A DNA stretch of 64,000 bases from Dehalococcoidia bacterium (lineage in GTDB: Bacteria; Chloroflexota; Dehalococcoidia; UBA2979). Below, in pieces: positions 57,403-64,000 of this stretch (position 1 is the first letter of the stretch; the number at the start of each line of letters is the position of its first letter). Below the pieces are notes generated by a model. That model made no database searches and was not told the DNA's origin. It was given only the letters and a program-made list of their open reading frames with translations. Location of the stretch: positions 9 through 64,008 of the forward strand of contig JANQNP010000067.1 of the NCBI GenBank assembly GCA_028279505.1, written 5' to 3'. A program made the position numbers and the translations under genes.

Positions 57403-57454
57403 CGGCCCTCCCTCACAACGATCTCGCTAGAGGAGCTCTAGTGAGCACGCGGAC

Positions 57455-57835
57455 CTAGTTGACCGCGACCACATTGAGCGCCGTGACGGTCTCGGGATCG
57501 ATGCCAGCCGCCGCGGAGCAGGTCACCGCGCCTGCCGTGTTGGTGCAGTTGGGGCTACCCCAGTTGCCGAAGCTGTCGGAACCACCGATCCCGAGGGTTC
57601 CATCCGTCGACACGTCCACGTCTGCGTCCGTGTCATCGATGTCGAAGTCAACACCCGTGATCTCGCCTGAAGTCAGCGTCCAGACGACGTTGGTCACGTC
57701 ATAGCCGCTCACGGTGCCACTCCCCGCGCCGACGCTGCCAGCATCGGGGTCGCTGAACGTAATCGCAGCTGCCGCACCAACGGTCATGGCGGCGAACAAG
57801 CCGACCACCGGAATCAAGAGAAGCTTCTTAATCAT
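57455..57835 (-). CDS. Secreted pilin-like protein, probable SipW substrate and candidate major subunit
   Basis: MIKKLLL signal peptide then GSVGAGSGTVSGYDVTNVVW; Cys pair; first gene of the operon; SD GAGGAG. Confidence 0.75.
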   Translation of the reverse strand: MIKKLLLIPVVGLFAAMTVGAAAAITFSDPDAGSVGAGSGTVSGYDVTNVVWTLTSGEITGVDFDIDDTDADVDVSTDGTLGIGGSDSFGNWGSPNCTNTAGAVTCSAAAGIDPETVTALNVVAVN

Positions 57836-58453
57836 TCCGATTCGTTCTCCTCGCATCTCCACCATCCATGGCGGAGTTGATTGTTCTCGTGTTCGCCCGC
57901 GCACCACGCGCGGACCGGGACGGTCCTCGTCGTCCCGGAAACTCGAGGTCCCTTCGCCCACACCTCCGTCCGAGGTGCGAGGGGTTGCGAGGCGCGTTAA
58001 ACGAAGAACGCGGGCTCGGACCCGTAAGAGGTCGCGAACCCGCGTACAATCTGAGATTGCACTGGGTGCGGGCTCACGCACCCTCGCACAGGCCCCGGCG
58101 TGGTTGCCGCCACGTCGGGGCCGTCTGCATTGCTCGCCAGATCGTCTACCCCGGCCAACTGCGTGTCATCGTCGGGCCGCGCCCCGTCGAAACCACGCCG
58201 CTACTCGCCGGGAGGGACTCCCTCCGACTCGCATCCATGCCGGTTGATTGAGGTCCCCCGCCAAGAGGACCGGCCCCCGGGTCCTTCCGAGGAGCCGTCG
58301 ACCCACTCGCTCGCGCGAAGTGGATCGGACCGCACTCTACAACAGTTTCGGTGCGCCGGGAGTGAGATTATGTCGAATGGATCGTCAGCTTTTGCACAAG
58401 CTCTACCCACCCGACGCACATTCCCCGCGTCGCGGCTGTGACAGAGCCGTGAT
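57836..58453 (-). promoter_or_regulatory. Long (~620 nt) hairpin-rich upstream region of the SipW operon
   Basis: At least six strong hairpins, a duplicated CAATCAAC-N-CATGGATG motif, and palindrome GTACAATCT-G-AGATTGCAC (58044-58062). Confidence 0.55.
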
Positions 58454-58999
58454 CTAGCCCGCGTCCCCTCCGAGGGCGCGACGGGTCGCCAGCGCCCGGT
58501 ACGCGAACAGCGCCTTCAGCGGCAGCGTCGAGAACAGCGCGCGCGTCAGAATCCCGCGCCAGCCGGCCGGGTGCTGATACCAGATCTGGTCGAGGACCTC
58601 GGTGTGCCCATCGTCGAGCGCGCGATAGCTGTGCCGGTGGATCCAGCGCGCCATCGGCCCCAGCTCCTGCGTGTCCGTGAACCCCTTCAGCGCCTTGAAT
58701 CCGCTGTGCACTGCGCGCCAGCGGATCGGGATCGGCCCCACCCACATCGTGAACTCGCTGACCGAACCCTCGCCCAGCGGGTCCATCCGGTGTACCTGCA
58801 TCACCGTCGGCGGCGGGGTCAGCTTCGTCAGCGCCTTCGGATCGGCGTGGAAGCGAGCCACCGCCTCCAGCGACGCCGGTACGACGAACCGCGACACGAA
58901 CGACGGCTCGCCCAGGCTCCGCCGGCGCTTCAGCGCCGTCGCCGCCATGGCGCCCGCCGCCGCCACCGCACCCGTGATCGCGATCCCTCGCACGCCCAT
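58454..58999 (-). CDS. SRPBCC family protein (cyclase-like, COG4276 type)
   Basis: FHADPKALTKLTPP, FTDTQELGPM..W.HRH, F.YR. Confidence 0.85.
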   Translation of the reverse strand: MGVRGIAITGAVAAAGAMAATALKRRRSLGEPSFVSRFVVPASLEAVARFHADPKALTKLTPPPTVMQVHRMDPLGEGSVSEFTMWVGPIPIRWRAVHSGFKALKGFTDTQELGPMARWIHRHSYRALDDGHTEVLDQIWYQHPAGWRGILTRALFSTLPLKALFAYRALATRRALGGDAG

Positions 59000-59075
59000 C
59001 TCGGCCCCCGCTCCTCCGAGGATGATCGTACCGCCGAGGCCACTCCGACAGGCCCGGTGCGCGCGACGCGTGGAG

Positions 59076-59858
59076 CTACTCGAAGAAGTTCGGCTTCCGC
59101 TTCTCCGCGAACGCCCGCACCGCCTCGGCGTGCTCGGGCCACGTCCGGGCCAGCCGGTCGCGCACCTGCTCGCGCTCCATCACCACGTCCAGGTCGCCCT
59201 CGACCGGGTTGTCCGCCAGCAGCTCCTTCACCAGCATCACCGCCGGCGTCGGGTTCTCGGCGAGTTGGCGCGCCTTCTCCATCGCCGTGTCGAACAGCTG
59301 ATCGGGCTCCACCACCGCAGTCACCAGCCCCATCCGCAGCGCCTCCTCGGCGTTGACCATGCGCCCCGTCAGCGACATGTCGGTGGCGTGCCCGAGCCCA
59401 ACGATCTGCGCGAGCAGGCGCGTCGAGCCCAGCTCTGGCACCAGCCCCACCCGAATGAACCGAATCGACATCAGTGCGTCGGTGGCCGCGATCCGCACGT
59501 CGCCCGGCAGCGCCATCGTCAGCCCGACGCCCACCGCATACCCGTGGATCGCAAACACCGAGGGCTTCCCCTGCCGCAGCAGATGCGTCAGCGGCGACGA
59601 GAACTTCGTCTGCTCCGCGCGCGTCGGCGTGTGATCGAGCCGCGTTCCGAAGCCGTCCATGTCCGCGCCGCCGCAGAACGCCCGTCCCTCGCCGGTCACA
59701 ACGAACGCGCCGATCCCGTCGTCGTCGTTCCACCGACCGACCTGGTCCTGCAGCTCGCGGTTCATCGTGTCGGTCCACGCGTTGAGCTTCTCGGGCCGGT
59801 TCAGCCGAATGATCCCCACCCGACCGTCGGTCTCGCTCAAGATGTGCTCGTACGTCAT
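59076..59858 (-). CDS. Enoyl-CoA hydratase/isomerase
   Basis: LNRPEKLNA, FCGGAD, GYAVGVG, GLVPELGS, AFAEKRKP. Confidence 0.95.
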   Translation of the reverse strand: MTYEHILSETDGRVGIIRLNRPEKLNAWTDTMNRELQDQVGRWNDDDGIGAFVVTGEGRAFCGGADMDGFGTRLDHTPTRAEQTKFSSPLTHLLRQGKPSVFAIHGYAVGVGLTMALPGDVRIAATDALMSIRFIRVGLVPELGSTRLLAQIVGLGHATDMSLTGRMVNAEEALRMGLVTAVVEPDQLFDTAMEKARQLAENPTPAVMLVKELLADNPVEGDLDVVMEREQVRDRLARTWPEHAEAVRAFAEKRKPNFFE

Positions 59859-61225
59859 GCCCCCACCTTTCCGGGGCGGGATGGTAGCAGCGACCGGAAC
59901 GCCGACCGCCCGTAGAGCACCGCCACCACCGCCTCCAGGCTGAGCGTGAACGCGATCGCACCGGCGCCGATCGCCGCCCCGGACCAGTCCGTGAGCGTCG
60001 GCACCAGCACCACGAACAGGATCAGCCCGAGCAACCGCCACGCGTTCACGTACACCAGGGCGCGTGTCCGTTTCGTCTGCAACAGCGCCGCGGCGTAGAG
60101 CTGCTCGATCGTCAGCAGCGGCGGCAGGAACGACAGGATCCGCAACCCCACCACCGTCAGCTCCGCCAGCCGGTCGTCCGCCCCCAGCAGATCGCGGACC
60201 ACCAGGTCGCTCAGCGGCGGCACCCACGCGACCAGCAACCCGCCCACCATCGCGATCACCCCAACGAGGACCGCGAACCGCCTCACCCCGTACGGCTCAT
60301 CGCCGCGACTGAACAGCGACAGCACCGTCGGCTGCACCCCGCCCGAGATCAGCGTCACGAACGTGAACACGCTCATCGCCAGCGGGAACGCCGCCAGCGA
60401 GACGTCCGCCTCTGAGGAGCGCGCCACCGTCGCCGTGATCAGCGGCGTGCTGACCGCCGGCAGGAACGCCGCGAACAGCAGCGGCGTGAAGAACGCCATC
60501 AGCGCCCGCTGGCTCGGCGACTCGACGCTCACGAGGCGCATCGAACCCGCGTCCCCGGTGATGATCGCCAGCCCCACCACCTCGACCCCGGCCCCTACGC
60601 TCACCGCGATCGCCGCCACCGGAGCCCCATCGACCCCGGCCGCCAGCAGCCCGGCCGCCGTCCCGAGGACCGCGACCGCGCCCCCGACCGTGCCCGCCCA
60701 TACCACCGCCGGCCGCTCCGCCCGCAGCGCGATCCCGTACAGGTGCATCCGCGCGATCGCGAACGCCGGGAACGGGATCAGCGCGATCAGCGAAACGGCG
60801 GCCTCATCGCGAACCCGCCCGTCAGTCGCGAACAGATCCTCGAGCACCAGATCAGACAGCGGCGTCAACGCGACCAGCAGCGCAATCGCCGACGTGATCG
60901 CCACGAAGATCGCGATGAACCGGCGCAGCGCCAGCAGCGAGGGACGGCCCTCGAAGAACACCAGCGTCAGGTGCTGCACGCGCAGCTGCGGCAGCGCGAT
61001 CAACCCGCTGATCCCCAGCGCCACGGCGAACCCGCCGATCGCCGGCTCCGGATCCGAGGTCCGCGCCAGCATCGCGTTCAGCGCCGGAGCCAGGATCTGC
61101 GCGATCCCGAGGTTCAGCGCCGACGGCAACAGCAGCGCGATCGCCCGCACCGGCGCCACCGATGCGTCCGGCGGCCTCGCCTCGGGGCCGCCGTCGGGCG
61201 GTTCGGATCGCGGCGCGTCGCTCAA
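59855..61225 (-). CDS. Polytopic membrane protein, MATE/MOP-like (ANKH-like) exporter; TTG start inferred
   Basis: About 12 TM segments in two repeats (LNAMLART...AIGGFAVA / ITATVARS...SLAAFPLA). Confidence 0.72.
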   Translation of the reverse strand: MSDAPRSEPPDGGPEARPPDASVAPVRAIALLLPSALNLGIAQILAPALNAMLARTSDPEPAIGGFAVALGISGLIALPQLRVQHLTLVFFEGRPSLLALRRFIAIFVAITSAIALLVALTPLSDLVLEDLFATDGRVRDEAAVSLIALIPFPAFAIARMHLYGIALRAERPAVVWAGTVGGAVAVLGTAAGLLAAGVDGAPVAAIAVSVGAGVEVVGLAIITGDAGSMRLVSVESPSQRALMAFFTPLLFAAFLPAVSTPLITATVARSSEADVSLAAFPLAMSVFTFVTLISGGVQPTVLSLFSRGDEPYGVRRFAVLVGVIAMVGGLLVAWVPPLSDLVVRDLLGADDRLAELTVVGLRILSFLPPLLTIEQLYAAALLQTKRTRALVYVNAWRLLGLILFVVLVPTLTDWSGAAIGAGAIAFTLSLEAVVAVLYGRSAFRSLLPSRPGKVGA

Positions 61226-61360
61226 CCTGGCCTGCCATCCAACCGTGGCGGGCCTCGACGGACCACGTCCCGCCCGACCCGCTCGCACCCGATTACGGCC
61301 GCCGCCGTCCGAGGAACGCGAACGCTCCCCGCGCGACCGAAACGCCGTACCCTGCACCCC

Positions 61361-62215
61361 ATGCCGGCCGGGCCGACACAGTACCGCTTCCCCGCCCCGT
61401 GGCTCACCCGCTGGCTCCTCGGAGTACCGGCGCGCTCGCGGCGTGACGTCGGCCTCGACGGTGGAACCCTCCTGGCGGCGAACGGCGCACGCTGCCGCGT
61501 CGAAGGCAGCGGCTACGTCCCGGTCGACCAGCCGTTCGTCCTCGTCACCAACCACTTCGAGCGCGAGGGCATGCGGGTCTGGTGGCCCGCCATGTTCCTC
61601 TCCTCGATCCTCCGCGAGCTCCGTGGCCCGGACGCCCCCACCATCCGCTGGATGGTCAGCGTCGAGTTCCACGGCTACCACCTCGGCCCCGTCCCGATCC
61701 CGGACGCCCTCATGCGCTGGGTGCTCCGCCTGATCGCGGACCGCTACGCCGCCATCCCCGTGCCGCGCGACACCTCCGAGGCGTCCGGCCGCTCCGCCGC
61801 CCTGCGCCTCGCCCGCCGCGCGCTGGCCGATGGCCACCCCGTCGGCATCACCCCCGAGGCCGCCGAGGCCGCCGATCGCCCCGAGGTCCTCGCCGAGCCC
61901 GACGAGAACGCCGCGCTCGCCGTCGCGCTGCTCTCCCGTGGCAAGATCCCCATCCTCCCCGCCGCGGTCTTCGAGGAAGGCGACACCCTCGTCGCCCGCT
62001 TCGGCGCCCCGGTCACGCTCGATCGCCGCCCGCCCCGTGCAGCGGGTCGAGACGGCACAGCGGGCGGAGCCGCCGAGGGCGCAACCGCCCCGGCAACGAC
62101 CAGTGCAGGCGCCACCGCGCCCGCTGTCCGCGACCAGCTCATGCACTCGATCGCCGCACTCCTCCCCAACGACCTGCGTGGCCCCTACGCTACGCCGGCC
62201 AACGACCGCGGATGA
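61361..62215 (+). CDS. PlsC-like lysophospholipid acyltransferase
   Basis: PFVLVTNH, VGITPEA, IPILPAAV, ARFGAP. Confidence 0.78.
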   Translation: MPAGPTQYRFPAPWLTRWLLGVPARSRRDVGLDGGTLLAANGARCRVEGSGYVPVDQPFVLVTNHFEREGMRVWWPAMFLSSILRELRGPDAPTIRWMVSVEFHGYHLGPVPIPDALMRWVLRLIADRYAAIPVPRDTSEASGRSAALRLARRALADGHPVGITPEAAEAADRPEVLAEPDENAALAVALLSRGKIPILPAAVFEEGDTLVARFGAPVTLDRRPPRAAGRDGTAGGAAEGATAPATTSAGATAPAVRDQLMHSIAALLPNDLRGPYATPANDRG

Positions 62216-63267
62216 CCGCGGCACCGGGATCGGAATCGGAGCGCGGCCGGCGCTGGCGCACCGCGATCGCGGTGCAGGTCCTCGTCGGCGTCCTCGTCCT
62301 CGCTGCCTTCCTCTGGCGCGTCGACATCCTCGGCGCACTGCAGAACCTTCCCGAGCTCCAGCTCAAGTGGGCCCTCGCCGGCACCGTCACGTTCTCGCTC
62401 TCGAAGTTCGTGCACGCCTACCGTTGGCGCTGGTTCCTCCGCCACCGCAAGGAGCTCCCGTTCCGCCGGCTCTTTGAACTCTTCCTCGTCTCGAACCTCG
62501 CCAACGCCATGATCCCGCTCCGCGCCGGTGACCTCCTCCGCGTCGAACTCCCCAGCCGGCGCTACGGCGTCCCCCGCGCCGAGCTCGCCAGCAGCGTCTT
62601 CCTCGTCGAGTCACTGCTCGACGGCGTCGCCTTCGTGCTCCTCGCCTTCGGCGGTCTCCTCATCTTCGACCTCCCCACCTCCCTGCGCCCGGGCGTCGCC
62701 GTCCTCGCCGCCATCGTCTTCCTCGTCGCCTACGTCTCCGTCCGCGCCGCCCGAGGTGGCGACGACTGGTCCGTCGACACCTCGCTCTGGCGCTACCTCG
62801 TCCCCCGCCGCTTCCGCCCGAGGATCAACGGCTGGCTCACCGAAGCCATCGACGGCATGTCCACCCTCAGCGACGTCCGCAGCGCCACCATCGCCGTCGC
62901 CCTCTCCGTCGTCGCCTGGATGCTCGAGGTCGGCGTCTGGTGGTACATGGGCAAGGCCTTCGGCATCGAACTCGCCTTCTCCGAGGCCCTCACCGTCATG
63001 ATCGCCGCCAACATGGCCCAGGCGATCCCCATCACCCCCTGGAGCATCGGCCCCTACGAGGTCGCCGTCACCGAGGTCCTCGTCCTCCTCGGCTCGAGCC
63101 GCCTCGACGGCTCCAGCTACGCCATCGGATCCCGCATCCTCCTCATGCTCTGGATCGGCGCCACCGGCCTCATCGCCATGTGGTCGCTCGACCTCCGCAT
63201 GCGCGACCTCCTCGGCTACGGCAAGAACCAGACCCCAGCCCCCGCCACCTCCGAGGCCGATCCCTGA
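62212..63267 (+). CDS. Lysylphosphatidylglycerol synthase TM-domain (UPF0104 flippase-like) protein
   Basis: AYRWRWFL, NAMIPLRAGDLLR, ESLLD, IPITP.SIGPYE. Confidence 0.9.
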   Translation: MTAAPGSESERGRRWRTAIAVQVLVGVLVLAAFLWRVDILGALQNLPELQLKWALAGTVTFSLSKFVHAYRWRWFLRHRKELPFRRLFELFLVSNLANAMIPLRAGDLLRVELPSRRYGVPRAELASSVFLVESLLDGVAFVLLAFGGLLIFDLPTSLRPGVAVLAAIVFLVAYVSVRAARGGDDWSVDTSLWRYLVPRRFRPRINGWLTEAIDGMSTLSDVRSATIAVALSVVAWMLEVGVWWYMGKAFGIELAFSEALTVMIAANMAQAIPITPWSIGPYEVAVTEVLVLLGSSRLDGSSYAIGSRILLMLWIGATGLIAMWSLDLRMRDLLGYGKNQTPAPATSEADP

Positions 63268-63390
63268 TGTCCCTCGACGATCGAATCCACTTCGCCCGCA
63301 GTGACATCACCCGCTTCGAGGCCGACCCCTGATGTCCGTCAACGACCGAATCCAGCTCGCCCGCGGCGACATCACCCGCTTCGAGGTCGA
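63252..63390 (+). repeat. 65-nt tandem duplication of the gene junction, creating a 21-codon mini-ORF (63267-63332)
   Basis: Units 63252-63316 and 63317-63381 differ at 8 positions; [21 protein letters not shown] vs [21 protein letters not shown]. Confidence 0.9.
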
Positions 63391-63853
63391 CGCCATCGTC
63401 AACGCCGCCAACTCCACCCTCCTCGGCGGAGGTGGCGTCGACGGTGCCATCCACCTCGCCGCCGGCCCCGGCCTCCTCGAGGAGTGCCGCACCCTCGGCG
63501 GCTGCCCACCCGGTGAGGCCCGCATCACCGGCGCCTACGCCCTCCCAGCAACCTGGGTCATCCACACCGTCGGCCCGATCTGGCGCGGCGGCACCAACGG
63601 CGAAGACCAAACCCTCGCCTCCGCCTACCGCTCCTCCCTCGCCCTCGCCGCCTCCGTCGAAGCCCGCACCGTCGCCTTCCCCTCCATCAGCACCGGCATC
63701 TACGGCTTCCCGATCGACCGCGCCGCCTCAATCTCCCTCACCACCATTCGCAATTCCCTCGCAACCCATCCCACCATCGAGACCGTCACCCTCGTCTGCT
63801 TCAACGACGCCAACCACACCGCCTATGCCACCCTCCTCGACAAGGCCAGCTAG
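63332..63853 (+). CDS. Macro domain O-acetyl-ADP-ribose deacetylase (YmdB-like)
   Basis: [43 protein letters not shown]. Confidence 0.95.
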   Translation: MSVNDRIQLARGDITRFEVDAIVNAANSTLLGGGGVDGAIHLAAGPGLLEECRTLGGCPPGEARITGAYALPATWVIHTVGPIWRGGTNGEDQTLASAYRSSLALAASVEARTVAFPSISTGIYGFPIDRAASISLTTIRNSLATHPTIETVTLVCFNDANHTAYATLLDKAS

Positions 63854-64000
63854 GCACCCGAGCACCGACCCAACCACGCTCTTCCGGCCAGCGACGCGCG
63901 CTCACGCCACGCTCCGACCCGACCGCCGTCCGCGGGAACAGCCGTCGCACACGACTACCCGACGAACCACCCGACGATGCTGACCAGCCAACGGCGCGAA

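Noticed and set aside
57845..57876. tmRNA/tRNA 3' end (CTCCACCA)
   Set aside because: No preceding T-arm (GTTCRA); the word is one arm of a minus-strand hairpin beside the SD.
61226..62338. N-terminal 370-aa extension of ORF 59855-62338
   Set aside because: Antisense to the PlsC-like gene; hydrophobic transporter sequence begins only near 61225.

Overview
High-GC (~70% by eye), gene-dense bacterial chromosome segment with about 63 real genes. The content (LLM/F420-type oxidoreductase, CaiB CoA-transferases, crotonases, many lipoproteins, apparent leaderless starts) suggests a Chloroflexota/Dehalococcoidia-like or similar monoderm heterotroph; this is inference only. No rRNA, tRNA, CRISPR array or transposase was found. 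Most genes are ordinary metabolism, transport or regulation (ggt, gpmA, class I DAHP synthase, rpsN, a Sco/PCuAC/CtaG copper operon, three ArsR-SRPBCC pairs, a solitary Mrr). Main unusual items: (1) a single-pass membrane protein (52033-54102) whose cytoplasmic part carries Pup-ligase/Dop (PafA family) motifs and whose extracellular Cys-containing domain recurs in a lipoprotein 39 kb away; it lies between a beta-hairpin repeat protein and a SipW-type signal peptidase operon with pilin-like secreted proteins and a long structured leader. (2) A lipoprotein split by the ORF track that reads through an in-frame UGA in a UxxC motif followed by a bacterial SECIS-like hairpin (GIN/DUF2807 + DUF3179 selenoprotein). 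(3) A structured ~165-nt leader that sequesters the SD of a gene with a basic N-terminal helix. (4) A dispersed tandem cGAAg mini-hairpin repeat with compensatory changes. (5) A soluble Aer-PAS receptor with two degenerate MCP tips. All family assignments come from motif recognition by eye; no database searches were run.
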